NCBI GenBank assembly: GCA_946186665.1
Contig: CAMHOE010000002.1
Location: 31,014 to 95,013 of the forward strand
Direction: 5' to 3'
DNA from: an uncultured Clostridia bacterium
GTDB lineage: Bacteria; Bacillota; Clostridia; Oscillospirales; Acutalibacteraceae
DNA: 64,000 bases
Below are positions 41,754-51,644 of the stretch, one piece after another (the first letter of the stretch is position 1; the number at the start of each line of letters is the position of its first letter). A program made the translations under genes and the position numbers. Below the pieces are notes generated by a model that was not told the DNA's origin, did no database searches, and saw only the letters and a program-made list of their open reading frames with translations.

Positions 41754-43070
41754 ATGAAAGTTAAAATTGTCACATTAGGATGTAAAGTAAATCAGTTTGA
41801 ATCGCAGGCGATGTTCAGGGATCTTATGGACAACGGCTTTGAGATCGTGGGCGAAAACGAAAAAGCCGATATATCCATCATAAACTCCTGCGCTGTAACT
41901 CAGGTCAGTGAGCAGAAGGCGGTAAAACTCATACGCCGCACAAGAAGAGAAGCTCCCGATACCGTCATTGTACTTACAGGATGTATGGCGCAGGCATTTC
42001 CGGAATCAGGCAACCGCCTTGATGAAGTGGATATAATACTTGGCAACAAGCGCAGAAAGGATCTTGTACCCACTTTAAAAAAATACTTTGCCGACAGACA
42101 AAAGCTGACATTTGTTGAGGACTACTCAAAGCATGACGAATACGAGAGTCTGTTTGTAGACGATTTCATAAACCGTACAAGGGCATTCCTGAAAATAGAG
42201 GACGGCTGCAACCGTTTCTGTTCTTACTGCATAATCCCCTATGCAAGGGGCAGGGTACGTTCATGTTCCATTGATTATATAAAGGAAGAGATAAAAGCTT
42301 TTGCCGCAAACGGCTATAAAGAGGTAGTGCTTATCGGCATAAACCTGTCCGCTTACGGCAGCGATATCGGACTGAAATTTTCCGACGCAGTAAAAGCCGC
42401 CTGTGAGAGTGCCGATATCAGGATAAGGCTCGGTTCACTGGAGCCGGAGTCTATGGATATAGACACGCTCCGTCTGCTTGCGCAATACGAAAACTTTTGT
42501 CCCCAGTTTCATCTGTCACTGCAAAGCGGCTGTGACGAAACGCTTAAGCGCATGAACCGACACTACACGACCGCAGAATACGCCGAGATAGTAAAAAACA
42601 TCCGCAGTGTATTTGAAAACCCTTCTATCACCACAGATGTAATGGTAGGCTTTGCCGGCGAGACGGAGGAAGAGTTCAGGAAGTCTATGGAATTTGTAGA
42701 GAGCATCGGATTTGCTAAGGTACACATTTTCCCATATTCACGCCGTGCAGGGACCGCAGCAGACAAAGCGCCGGATCAGGTATCGCCGGAAATAAAGAAG
42801 CAGCGTGCCGCACTTATGGCTGAGGTTGCGCAAAGAAGCACTGCTGCCTTTTTAGAGTCACAGATTGGCAGGACAGAGCAGGTACTTATTGAATCGCGCA
42901 ACAAAGACGGCTTATACGAAGGTTACACAAAAAACTACACCCCCGTACTCGTAAACACAGACGACACCTCCATAGGCAATCTCCTCACCGTAACCCTCGT
43001 GCAGAGCCTGCACTCCCAATTCGCGGCGGCGTTCGCTAAAACTCACTCAGACATTCTGACCGAAACTTGA
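41754..43070 (+). CDS. mtaB: Radical-SAM methylthiotransferase, MtaB-type (tRNA t6A37 methylthiolation)
   Basis: MKVKIVTLGCKVNQFESQAM N-terminal UPF0004 domain, a CNRFCSYC radical-SAM cluster, and a TRAM-like end. ATG 41754 has an AAAGGA RBS. The last 23 codons are repeat modules M1-M3. Confidence 0.8.
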   Translation: MKVKIVTLGCKVNQFESQAMFRDLMDNGFEIVGENEKADISIINSCAVTQVSEQKAVKLIRRTRREAPDTVIVLTGCMAQAFPESGNRLDEVDIILGNKRRKDLVPTLKKYFADRQKLTFVEDYSKHDEYESLFVDDFINRTRAFLKIEDGCNRFCSYCIIPYARGRVRSCSIDYIKEEIKAFAANGYKEVVLIGINLSAYGSDIGLKFSDAVKAACESADIRIRLGSLEPESMDIDTLRLLAQYENFCPQFHLSLQSGCDETLKRMNRHYTTAEYAEIVKNIRSVFENPSITTDVMVGFAGETEEEFRKSMEFVESIGFAKVHIFPYSRRAGTAADKAPDQVSPEIKKQRAALMAEVAQRSTAAFLESQIGRTEQVLIESRNKDGLYEGYTKNYTPVLVNTDDTSIGNLLTVTLVQSLHSQFAAAFAKTHSDILTET

Positions 43071-43336
43071 CTGCCCGCGTTTCTCCGCCCAACACGCCCC
43101 TTACGGTGCGCTTATGGGCGGTTTTGGTTTTGGAGGAAAGTTAAAGTCGTGTACTGTAATAGCCAAAGTGTTCCCTATGGAGCACGATGCGGACGGTTCA
43201 GACAAACATAGATGCGTTCTAAGTTGTCCAGTGCGGTCACGCACCGACGCGGACGGTTATATCAAAAGCAGCTGCGTTGTTAAGTCGTCCTGCGGGGTCA
43301 CCCGCTGCGTTGTTAAGTCGTCGGCCGGGTCACCCG
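42999..43336 (+). repeat. Mosaic repeat beginning inside the mtaB 3' end: M1-M2-M3, spacer, M10(rc) with an internally triplicated arm
   Basis: gtgcagagcctgcactcccaattcgcgg cggcgttcgctaaaactcactcagacattctgaccgaaact ... atagccaaagtgttccctatggagcacgatgcggacgg ... gcgttctaagttgtccagtgcggtcacgcacc / gcgttgttaagtcgtcctgcggggtcacccgc / gcgttgttaagtcgtcggccgggtcacccgc. Confidence 0.9.
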
Positions 43337-43388
43337 CAAAACAAAATGACCGCATGGAGCGAATACATAAATCGTTCCATGCGGTCAT
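43337..43388 (-). terminator. Intrinsic terminator of the tRNA operon
   Basis: Perfect 13-bp stem atgaccgcatgga/tccatgcggtcat followed on the minus strand by TTTGTTTTG. Confidence 0.8.
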
Positions 43389-43392
43389 GTAC

Positions 43393-43468
43393 TGGTGGGA
43401 ACAATAGGGCTCGAACCTATGACCCTCTGCTTGTAAGGCAGATGCTCTCCCAGCTGAGCTATGCTCCC
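43393..43468 (-). tRNA. tRNA-Val (anticodon TAC), CCA encoded
   Basis: The reverse complement GGGAGCATAGCTCAGCTGGGAGAGCATCTGCCTTACAAGCAGAGGGTCATAGGTTCGAGCCCTATTGTTCCCACCA folds as a cloverleaf with anticodon loop CTTACAA. Confidence 0.95.
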
Positions 43469-43494
43469 ATTTACACTTTTCAATCGGAAAAAGT

Positions 43495-43581
43495 TGGTGC
43501 GGGTAACAGGACTTGAACCTGCACCTCCTTGCGAAGACCAGCACCTGAAGCTGGCGCGTCTGCCAATTCCGCCATACCCGC
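43495..43581 (-). tRNA. tRNA-Leu (anticodon CAG), long variable arm, CCA encoded
   Basis: Reverse complement is GCGGGTATGGCGGAATTGGCAGACGCGCCAGCTTCAGGTGCTGGTCTTCGCAAGGAGGTGCAGGTTCAAGTCCTGTTACCCGCACCA, with anticodon loop TTCAGGT. Confidence 0.95.
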
Positions 43582-43615
43582 TCATCACGGACACCGGATT
43601 TCCGACTGCTTGATT

Positions 43616-43644
43616 ATTATATCAAACACTTTATCTTTTGTCAA
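43616..43644 (-). promoter_or_regulatory. Consensus sigma-A promoter for the tRNA-Leu/tRNA-Val operon
   Basis: Minus strand reads TTGACA - 17 nt - TATAAT, about 30 nt upstream of tRNA-Leu. Confidence 0.8.
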
Positions 43645-43875
43645 GAGTTTTTTAAAAAAATTTTATCCATATGTTCATATCCTCATTTTACACGTTTTTT
43701 TGCAACTTTACCAAATTATTATGTATATTTTATCTCTGTAATTATGAATTATAATTCTATAAAGGAAAATAATACAAAAGATCATATGTTATAATATCTT
43801 ATGTTGCTTGAAAAAATATCTTTAGCAGGTATCTTTTTCAGAACAGTAAAAGGAGAAAATATAAGAGGTAAGAAT

Positions 43876-44199
43876 ATGAAATTTGAAGAAAGCTATAAGC
43901 TCGTAAAAAATAAGTTCAATACAATGGATATGTCAAAGGTGGATAAGAATTTTTCCGCTATAATCTGCCTTACAGGTAACGACGGCGGATACATATACGG
44001 TGCTTATATTGACGGCAAAAAAATCATTGAACCAATAAAGCATGACAGCGCAAATATCTTCGTCACAATGTCTGACCAGACTTTTGAGGATATAATACAG
44101 AAAAAAATCGACCCCTTCAAGGCGTTTACCACCGGAAAGATCAAGGCAAAGGGAAATGTCTTTCTGGCTATTTCCCTGTACAAGAAGCTCAAGAAATAA
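43876..44199 (+). CDS. SCP2 sterol-binding-domain protein
   Basis: 107 aa. The C-terminal pattern ..DIIQKKIDPFKAFTTGKIKAKGNVFLAISL is typical of SCP2 domains. AGAGG RBS. Confidence 0.6.
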   Translation: MKFEESYKLVKNKFNTMDMSKVDKNFSAIICLTGNDGGYIYGAYIDGKKIIEPIKHDSANIFVTMSDQTFEDIIQKKIDPFKAFTTGKIKAKGNVFLAISLYKKLKK

Positions 44200-44361
44200 T
44201 TTGCGCCGGTTATCGCTGACCACTGCTGATATTTTATCAGCAGCAGTTTCTACACACGCCTGACTATGTCACGACAGTTTTATCCATGTGTCTAATGACA
44301 GGATAATACTTTTAATTTAAAATATACTACAGAAGAGAGAATTATTACAGGAGATGATAAG

Positions 44362-46278
44362 ATGTCAGCTTTTTCCATGGATGAGTTTTATCGCGGAGAT
44401 TCTATGAACGCATACAAGTTTTTTGGTGCGCACCCTGTTTCCGATGATATGTCGGGAATAATATTCAGAGTTTATGCTCCCAACGCATGGCAGATGGAAG
44501 TAATAGGTGATTTCAACGGCTGGAACGGCTGCAACCACAGAATGAATAAGATCAATTCCGGTGTTTTTGAGCTTTGCGTTCCGGAGGCAAGAGCCGGACA
44601 GCTCTATAAATTCAGAGTATATCAGCAGGGCGGAAATGTTGTTGACAAAGCAGACCCCTATGCTTTCCATAGCCAGCTCAGACCTGATACAGCGTCTGTT
44701 ATCACAAGAATTTCAAGGGCTGAGGTTTTCCACGATGAAGAGTGGATGAAGAACCGTTCAAAGTGCTATGACAAGCCGATGAACATCTACGAGATGCACA
44801 TGGGTTCATGGAGAAAGCCGGAGGGCAAGTCCGAAGCTGACGGCGGCGCTCAATGGTTCAGATATGATGAGGTGGCTTACGATCTTGTAAAATATATGAA
44901 GGAAAACAACTTCACCCACGTTGAGGTAATGCCGCTTGCAGAGTACCCGTTTGACGGTTCATGGGGATATCAGGTATCACAGTATTACAGCGCTACTTCA
45001 AGATACGGCACACCGGAACAGCTTATGAAATTTGTTGATGTTTGTCACCAGAACAACATTGGCGTAATAATAGATTTTGCCTTTGTACATTTTGTAAAGG
45101 ATAATTATTCTCTCGGTAACTTTGACGGCACATCACTTTATGAATATCCGCCCTCAGACGTTGCCCAGAGTCAGTGGGGTTCATACAACTTTAACCTCTC
45201 TAAGGGCGATGTTCAGAGTTATCTTATGTCCTGTGCCGCTTTCTGGCTGGACGCATATCACTTTGACGGTATACGTATGGATGCTATCAACAACGGCATT
45301 TACTGGATGGGCGATAAAAACAGAGGCGTCAATGACCGCTCTGTAGACTTCTTCAAGAAGATGAACTATAACCTGAACAAGAAATTCAAAAATGTTATGC
45401 TTATCGCAGAGGACTCCTCTGATTATCCCGGTGTTACTCAGCCTGTCGAAAACGGCGGTCTTGGCTTTGACTATAAGTGGGATATGGGCTGGATGAACGA
45501 TACACTTGAATATATGAAGATAGACCCTCTCTGGAGAAAGGGCAGTCACAACAAGATAAACTGGTCAATGGCGTATTTCTATTTCGAGCGCTTTATACTT
45601 CCCCTTTCTCATGACGAGGTAGTTCACGGCAAGGCAACTATCGTACAGAAGATGTTCGGCGGAGATTACCATAACAAATTCGCACAGGCACGTACACTGT
45701 ATGCTTATATGATGACTCATCCCGGAAAGACTCTCAACTTTATGGGCAATGAGCTTGGTATGTTCAGAGAGTGGGACGAGACAAAGGAAATGGATTGGTT
45801 CCTGCTGAACGATTACCCGATGCACCAGATGTTCCACAGCTTCTTTAGAGACATTAGCGGTCTTGTAACAAAAAATCCTGCTTTCTATGAAAAGGACTAT
45901 GAACAGGACGGCTTCCTCTGGATAGATGCAGATAACGCAAACGAAAATATGTACGCATACTATCGTATGACTGACGGCCAGAAATATGCAGTTGTTCTTA
46001 ATATGTCGCCTGTTACAAGAGAGAACTTCCGTATGGGTCTTAAGGATGACTGTACGCTTATTGAGGTTCTCAACACCGACAGTCAGTGCTACGGCGGTAC
46101 AGGTGTTACTAATCCTCAGCCTATCAAATCTGAGCCTGTACGCCATAATCAGTGGGATAATTCCGCTGTGTTTACTCTGCCGCCTTTCGGAACCTGTATC
46201 TTTGAAGTAAAGGATACTCCGAAGCCTAAGGCTAAAAAAACAGCAGATACCAAAGCCAAAGCTAAAGCTAAAAGCTGA
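44362..46278 (+). CDS. glgB: 1,4-alpha-glucan branching enzyme
   Basis: 638 aa GH13 enzyme with motifs GVIIDFAFVHF, FDGIRMDAI, LIAEDSS and LSHDEVVHGK, plus an N-terminal CBM48-like region. Confidence 0.9.
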   Translation: MSAFSMDEFYRGDSMNAYKFFGAHPVSDDMSGIIFRVYAPNAWQMEVIGDFNGWNGCNHRMNKINSGVFELCVPEARAGQLYKFRVYQQGGNVVDKADPYAFHSQLRPDTASVITRISRAEVFHDEEWMKNRSKCYDKPMNIYEMHMGSWRKPEGKSEADGGAQWFRYDEVAYDLVKYMKENNFTHVEVMPLAEYPFDGSWGYQVSQYYSATSRYGTPEQLMKFVDVCHQNNIGVIIDFAFVHFVKDNYSLGNFDGTSLYEYPPSDVAQSQWGSYNFNLSKGDVQSYLMSCAAFWLDAYHFDGIRMDAINNGIYWMGDKNRGVNDRSVDFFKKMNYNLNKKFKNVMLIAEDSSDYPGVTQPVENGGLGFDYKWDMGWMNDTLEYMKIDPLWRKGSHNKINWSMAYFYFERFILPLSHDEVVHGKATIVQKMFGGDYHNKFAQARTLYAYMMTHPGKTLNFMGNELGMFREWDETKEMDWFLLNDYPMHQMFHSFFRDISGLVTKNPAFYEKDYEQDGFLWIDADNANENMYAYYRMTDGQKYAVVLNMSPVTRENFRMGLKDDCTLIEVLNTDSQCYGGTGVTNPQPIKSEPVRHNQWDNSAVFTLPPFGTCIFEVKDTPKPKAKKTADTKAKAKAKS

Positions 46279-46300
46279 TAGACCTATAGGAAATATTTAT

Positions 46301-46345
46301 GAGATGACCGTCGGTTTTATGACCTGACGATCATCTCTTTGTTTA
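46301..46345 (+). terminator. Intrinsic terminator after glgB
   Basis: Stem gagatgaccgtc/gacgatcatctc (one mismatch) followed by TTTGTTTAT. Confidence 0.65.
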
Positions 46346-46463
46346 TGGCAACTAATTCCATTTGTTTAGTTTGACAATATTCAACACATTTCTTTGTGTA
46401 TAACAGCAATGAATTTTTGTATTTTTAACAAAGTTAAGTTGCAATATTCTTGCACTATAACTA

Positions 46464-46492
46464 TTGTTATTTAAAACACAATCTATTATAAT
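46464..46492 (+). promoter_or_regulatory. Sigma-A type promoter for the XRE-def pair
   Basis: TTGTTA - 17 nt - TATAAT, about 50 nt upstream of the XRE start. Confidence 0.5.
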
Positions 46493-46542
46493 CTACATGG
46501 TAACTTTTTAGACTGATAAAATTAGTGAAGGAGGTGTTATGT

Positions 46543-46830
46543 ATGAGATTACGCAAGCAGGCACTCGGTACAAGAAATCTTATAGGTACGCGAGTGGAAG
46601 AAGCTCGTAAAAAAAAGAATATGAAGCAAAAGGAACTGCTTGCCCAACTTCAGGTACGTGGTGTTGATATGAACGCTTCCGGTCTTTCAAAGCTGGAAGG
46701 TCAGATAAGATATGTGACAGATGTAGAGCTTGTGGCTCTTGCAGATATTTTAGAAGTACCCGTTGACTATCTTTTAGGAAGAGCGGAGCTTCCCAAAAAA
46801 ACAATAAAGGATAAAAAAACACAGCCATGA
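46543..46830 (+). CDS. XRE family helix-turn-helix transcriptional regulator
   Basis: IGTRVEEARKKKNMKQKELLAQL... is a typical Cro/C1 HTH. ATG 46543 sits 8 nt after GGAGG. Confidence 0.75.
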   Translation: MRLRKQALGTRNLIGTRVEEARKKKNMKQKELLAQLQVRGVDMNASGLSKLEGQIRYVTDVELVALADILEVPVDYLLGRAELPKKTIKDKKTQP

Positions 46831-46860
46831 TATCGGTTGTGTTTTTTAATGGAGATAATT

Positions 46861-47274
46861 ATGATAAAGAATATTATTCACGACACCATGCTGTTGATGA
46901 AAAAGTCAAAGCCGGCTTCAAAAGCAGATATTCAGACAGCAAGAGATCTTGTTGACACGCTGAAAGCAAACTCCTACAGATGTGTGGGGCTTGCCGCAAA
47001 TATGATCGGAGTACATAAAAATATAATAGCCGTTATTATACTTTCTGTTCCTGTAGCAATGATAAACCCTGTAATGATATCCCATTCTGAAGAAAGCTAC
47101 GAGGCGGAGGAAGGATGCCTGTCACTGGAAGGAACAAGAAAAACCACACGTTATAACACCGTTGAAATAGAATACTATGATATGATGATGAAAAAACACC
47201 GCAATACTTATACTGGTTTTACAGCGGAGATCATTCAGCACGAGCTTGACCATTGCAGTGGGATCATAATATAA
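46861..47274 (+). CDS. Short peptide deformylase-like metallohydrolase
   Basis: All three Def motifs are present: GLAANMIG (motif 1), EGCLS (motif 2) and QHELDH (motif 3). It is only about 137 aa. ATG 46861 follows GGAGA. Confidence 0.7.
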   Translation: MIKNIIHDTMLLMKKSKPASKADIQTARDLVDTLKANSYRCVGLAANMIGVHKNIIAVIILSVPVAMINPVMISHSEESYEAEEGCLSLEGTRKTTRYNTVEIEYYDMMMKKHRNTYTGFTAEIIQHELDHCSGIII

Positions 47275-47360
47275 GATAAATGAACTCTTTTAAAATAAAC
47301 AGAAGATATTCAGCGGTTCTAGGAAAGGGTTTTCCCCATGTAGCCGTCCTTTCAAATTTC

Positions 47361-47396
47361 AGGGGGCTGTCAGCAAGTGACAGCCCCCTGTTTTTT
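47361..47396 (+). terminator. Intrinsic terminator after def; sits tail-to-tail with clpX and overlaps its stop codon
   Basis: Stem agggggctgtca/tgacagccccct followed by TTTTTTAT. Confidence 0.8.
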
Positions 47397-48708
47397 ATGC
47401 AGTATGCTTTTTTGATTTTTTCTTGGAGGATTTCTTAGCTGTTGTGAACTTGCGTACGCGCTTTGTCTTTGCTCTCTCAAGCTCAGCCTCAGCCTCTCCC
47501 CTGACAGTAGCATCGGTTATGATGATCTTAGTAACTGTCTCATCAGAGGGGATATTGTACATCAGATCCTTGAGTATATCCTCCATAATGGAGCGCAGTC
47601 CTCTCGCTCCTGTGTGACGGTCTATCGCTTTCTTAGCAACTTCAGCGAGTGCCTCGTCTTTAAACTCCAGTTCAACGCCGTCCATCTCAAACAGCTTTGT
47701 ATACTGCTTTACAAGCGAGTCCTTAGGCTCTTTCAGTATGCGTACAAGAGAAGCCTCGTCAAGTCCGTTAAGAGCTGTCAGAACAGGAAGTCTGCCCACA
47801 AGCTCCGGTATAAGACCGAACTTTACAAGATCCTGAGGTATTACGTCGGACATCCAGCTTGTTGTATCAAGCTCTTTTTTGGATCTTATATCTGCATTGA
47901 AGCCAAGCACAGAGGAACCCATACGCTTCTCTACAGTCTTTTCAAGACCGTCAAATGCTCCGCCGCAGATAAAGAGGATGTTGGTAGTATCTATCTGAAT
48001 AAATTCCTGCTGAGGGTGCTTTCTGCCGCCCTGAGGAGGAACGTTGGACACTGTACCTTCAAGGATCTTCAGGAGTGCCTGCTGTACACCCTCACCGCTT
48101 ACATCACGGGTGATAGACGGGTTCTCGGACTTGCGTGCGATCTTGTCTATTTCGTCAACGTAGATTATGCCCCTCTCTGCGCGGGAAATATCATAATCCG
48201 CAGCCTGAATAAGACGCAAAAGAATATTCTCTACATCCTCACCCACATAGCCTGCCTCAGTAAGTGTTGTAGCATCGGCTATAGCAAACGGAACATCAAG
48301 TATCCTTGCAAGGGTCTGTGCAAGAAGAGTCTTGCCTACACCGGAAGGACCCAGCAGAAGAACATTACTCTTGTTCAGGGCAACATCATCATCTTCCTGA
48401 CAGTTTATCCTCTTATAGTGGTTATATACCGAAACAGCAAGTGCGATCTTGGCGTCATCCTGTCCGATAACATATTCATCTAATTTTTCCTTGATCTGCT
48501 TCGGCTTCGGAAGCTCGTCAAAATCCAGAAACAGGTCGCCGCTTTCCTCTTCGATATACGGCTCATTTTTCAGGATCGAATTGCAGAGCTGAATACACTC
48601 GTCACAGATATAGGCACCTGCTCCCTGTATCATTCTGCCAACAGTTTCCTGTGATTTTCCGCAGAAGGAGCAATATATTGTTTTTTTGCTGTCATCCTTG
48701 TTTGCCAT
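47395..48708 (-). CDS. clpX: ATP-dependent Clp protease ATP-binding subunit ClpX
   Basis: N-terminal zinc finger CSFCGK...CDEC, Walker A GPSGVGKT, 437 aa, downstream of clpP. Confidence 0.95.
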   Translation of the reverse strand: MANKDDSKKTIYCSFCGKSQETVGRMIQGAGAYICDECIQLCNSILKNEPYIEEESGDLFLDFDELPKPKQIKEKLDEYVIGQDDAKIALAVSVYNHYKRINCQEDDDVALNKSNVLLLGPSGVGKTLLAQTLARILDVPFAIADATTLTEAGYVGEDVENILLRLIQAADYDISRAERGIIYVDEIDKIARKSENPSITRDVSGEGVQQALLKILEGTVSNVPPQGGRKHPQQEFIQIDTTNILFICGGAFDGLEKTVEKRMGSSVLGFNADIRSKKELDTTSWMSDVIPQDLVKFGLIPELVGRLPVLTALNGLDEASLVRILKEPKDSLVKQYTKLFEMDGVELEFKDEALAEVAKKAIDRHTGARGLRSIMEDILKDLMYNIPSDETVTKIIITDATVRGEAEAELERAKTKRVRKFTTAKKSSKKKSKKHTA

Positions 48709-48720
48709 TTGCGCAACTCC

Positions 48721-49302
48721 TTATCGCTGTGTGATCACCTTGTCGATCAAGCCATACTCCAATGCCTGCTGTGCTGTCATAAAGTTATCACGCTCGGTAT
48801 CCCTTGCGATAACATCGTACGGCTGACCTGTCTTTTCTGAAAGTATTGTATTGAGCTTTTTCTTTGTCTGGATAATGTGGTCGGCATGAATCATTATATC
48901 CGTTGCCTGACCCTGTGCGCCGCCGCTTGGCTGATGGATCATTATATCACTGTTGGGCAGTGCAAAGCGCTTACCCTTTGTGCCTGCCGCAAGAAGAAAT
49001 GCTCCCATGCTTGCAGCCATACCCATACAGATAGTTGAAACATCGCACTTGATGTACTGCATGGTGTCATATATAGCCATACCATCCGTTACAGAGCCGC
49101 CGGGACTGTTGATGTAAAGGCTGATATCCTTTGTAGAGTCCTGTCCCTCAAGATAGAGCAGCTGAGCCACTATAAGGCTTGCGGTCACGTTGTTTACTTC
49201 CTCTGTAAGCATGATTATTCTGTCGTTGAGCAGTCTTGAATAGATATCATAAGAGCGCTCGCCTCTGTTTGTTTGTTCAATGACATAGGGTATTGTTGCC
49301 AT
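48721..49302 (-). CDS. clpP: ATP-dependent Clp protease proteolytic subunit
   Basis: Ser-His-Asp triad context ([17 protein letters not shown]), 193 aa. Confidence 0.95.
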   Translation of the reverse strand: MATIPYVIEQTNRGERSYDIYSRLLNDRIIMLTEEVNNVTASLIVAQLLYLEGQDSTKDISLYINSPGGSVTDGMAIYDTMQYIKCDVSTICMGMAASMGAFLLAAGTKGKRFALPNSDIMIHQPSGGAQGQATDIMIHADHIIQTKKKLNTILSEKTGQPYDVIARDTERDNFMTAQQALEYGLIDKVITQR

Positions 49303-49478
49303 AGTAATGACCTCCGTTTCGGGTGTATATGCTACACCGGTGTAGTTAATGAAAGAATTGTCTTTTCTTTCAAATTCTATTCAAGCCGACCCTGAATAGT
49401 GTCATTCAGAGCCGGCATGACCGTAAATATCATCATGGTGCAAAGCCGTATGTACCGATGTACCATGACACTGTTTTA

Positions 49479-50795
49479 TTATTCCTCTGTTTTTTCTTCT
49501 GCTGTCTCTTCCTCAGCTGCTTCTTTAGCCTCGTTTCTGACAAGATCAAGAGCCTTTTCAGCTTTTGCATCGCCTTCAATATCCTTAGCCGGGAATACGT
49601 TCTTTACTCTGTCGATATCAACATTGTATCTCTCTGAAAGCTCCTTGTATCTGTTCTCGATATCCTCTTCTGAAACCTCGATATTCTCAAGCTCAGCGAT
49701 CTTATTAAGTGCAAGTCTTACCTTGATCTGAGAAACAGCTCTGTCATAGAAGCTCTCACGGAGCTTATCCTCTGTAAGACCTGTGTACTGCATATATGTG
49801 TCAATGTCAAGACCCTGTGATCTCAGGTTGAGTGCAAATTCATCCATGAAAGCATCTACCTGATTATTGAACATAGCCTCAGGTATCTCACCCTCAAGAA
49901 GCTCTTCAAGCTTCTCTGCGAGCTGTGCATCCTTATCGTTCTTTGCTTCCTCCTGACGTGACTTTTCAAGCTTCTCTCTGATATCAGCCTTGTATGCGTC
50001 AACAGTATCGAACTCGCTTACGTCCTTTACGAACTCATCGTCAAACTCAGGAAGCTCCTTCTTCTTGATCTCATGAAGCTTTATCTCGAACTGAACAGCC
50101 TTGCCCTTAAGCTCCTCTGCCTGATAATCCTCAGGGAAGGTCACGTCAATGGTGAACTCCTCGCCTGTGCTGTGTCCTATAACCCGCTCCTCAAAGCCGG
50201 GGATGAAGGAACCGCTGCCAAGTGTAAGGCTGTAGTTTTCTGCTGTGCCGCCCTCAAAAGCAACTCCGTCAAGAAGTCCCTTGAAGTCGATAACTGCGAT
50301 ATCTCCGTCCTCTGCTGCTCTGTCCTCTACTGTTACAAGACGGCTGTTTCTCTCAAGTACTTTCTTGATATCCTCTTCTACATCCTCATCTGTAACCTCA
50401 AGTGATACAGGCTTGTACTCAATACCCTTGTAGTTTTCGATATTGACCTCAGGCTCTACAGTTACAACAGCCTTCAGTACGACGCCGTCCTTGTCTGCCT
50501 TGTCAATATCAACATCTACTCTGTCCTTTACAAGAGCAAGTCCTGCTTCTTCTGAAGCGTCAAGAATTGCCTGAGGATAAAGCTCCTTGAGTGCATCCTC
50601 ATAGAATACGCCCTCGCCGTATGTCTTTTCGATTATTTTGCGGGGAGCCTTGCCCTTTCTGAAGCCGGGAATGCTGATGTTCTTTACCTGCTTTTTATAA
50701 ACCGAATCAACGGCGTTCATGAATGTTTCGCCGTCTATTTCGATAACAAGCTCATAGCGGTTTGTCTCTACCTTGTTTGATGAAATAAGTTTCAT
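49479..50795 (-). CDS. tig: Trigger factor
   Basis: GFRKGKAP ribosome-binding motif, central PPIase domain, tig-clpP-clpX synteny. ATG 50795 has a GGAGGA RBS. Confidence 0.9.
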   Translation of the reverse strand: MKLISSNKVETNRYELVIEIDGETFMNAVDSVYKKQVKNISIPGFRKGKAPRKIIEKTYGEGVFYEDALKELYPQAILDASEEAGLALVKDRVDVDIDKADKDGVVLKAVVTVEPEVNIENYKGIEYKPVSLEVTDEDVEEDIKKVLERNSRLVTVEDRAAEDGDIAVIDFKGLLDGVAFEGGTAENYSLTLGSGSFIPGFEERVIGHSTGEEFTIDVTFPEDYQAEELKGKAVQFEIKLHEIKKKELPEFDDEFVKDVSEFDTVDAYKADIREKLEKSRQEEAKNDKDAQLAEKLEELLEGEIPEAMFNNQVDAFMDEFALNLRSQGLDIDTYMQYTGLTEDKLRESFYDRAVSQIKVRLALNKIAELENIEVSEEDIENRYKELSERYNVDIDRVKNVFPAKDIEGDAKAEKALDLVRNEAKEAAEEETAEEKTEE

Positions 50796-50945
50796 TTTAA
50801 AAATCCTCCGTAATAGCTGAAAATCAATAACGATTATAACATATAATTTAGCAATTATCAAGTTTTCAAGCCTTTTTTTCTTATAAATTTTATGGACCAT
50901 TCTGCTTCAGCGGATATACATGTACAATATTTTGTACACCATAGC

Positions 50946-51635
50946 TTATCTGACGGACAGAGGAGTAAAGCCCAGATAGTCACAGGCTATAAGCTGAAAG
51001 CGTATCCCGTACTTTTCTCCGATAAATGCTTTTTTCGCAGCGCTGCCGCCGTGTATATGACCGTAGAAGCATTTTTTTATATTGTACTCCTTCAGCACAC
51101 TAAGTATCTCCTCACACTCCATATTGTTATATATCGGCGGATAATGAAGAAACACTATGGGGTCGTAGCCGTCCCTTACAGCAGGTTCTATGGACATCCT
51201 GAGTCTGCCTACCTCACGGTTGAGAATAAGCATATCCGCATCTGTCTCTGCATCATAGAACCAGCCCCTTGAACCGCATATTGCGATACCGTCTGCAACA
51301 TAATAGTTATTGTGCAGTATGGACATGGTGCTGAAGCCTTTTTCAATAAGGTACTTATCCATTTTTCCCTTTGTTGACCACCAGTAATCGTGGTTGCCCT
51401 TCAGAATTATCTTTCTGCCATTCAGCTCATTGATATAACGGAAATCCGCCTCTGTCTCTGAAAGCTTCATAGCCCATGAAATATCTCCTGCTATTACCAC
51501 AGTATCCTCAGGCTCCACAAGATGCTGCCAGTTATTTTTTATGCGCTCAGTGTAATTGGACCAGCCGCCGAACACATCCATTGGCTTATTAGTGCCAAAT
51601 GAAAGGTGCAGGTCAGCTATTGCGTAAACTGACAT
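50946..51635 (-). CDS. Metallophosphoesterase family protein
   Basis: Motifs AIADLHL, GDISW, GNHDYWW and GHIH. 229 aa. Confidence 0.8.
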   Translation of the reverse strand: MSVYAIADLHLSFGTNKPMDVFGGWSNYTERIKNNWQHLVEPEDTVVIAGDISWAMKLSETEADFRYINELNGRKIILKGNHDYWWSTKGKMDKYLIEKGFSTMSILHNNYYVADGIAICGSRGWFYDAETDADMLILNREVGRLRMSIEPAVRDGYDPIVFLHYPPIYNNMECEEILSVLKEYNIKKCFYGHIHGGSAAKKAFIGEKYGIRFQLIACDYLGFTPLSVR

Positions 51636-51644
51636 AACCTATCC

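Noticed and set aside
49303-49478. CtsR operator upstream of clpP, and also upstream of the ClpC-like gene at 63099-63212
   Set aside because: I searched both strands by eye for the GGTCAAA-N3-GGTCAAA direct repeat and found none. Only unrelated small hairpins are present.
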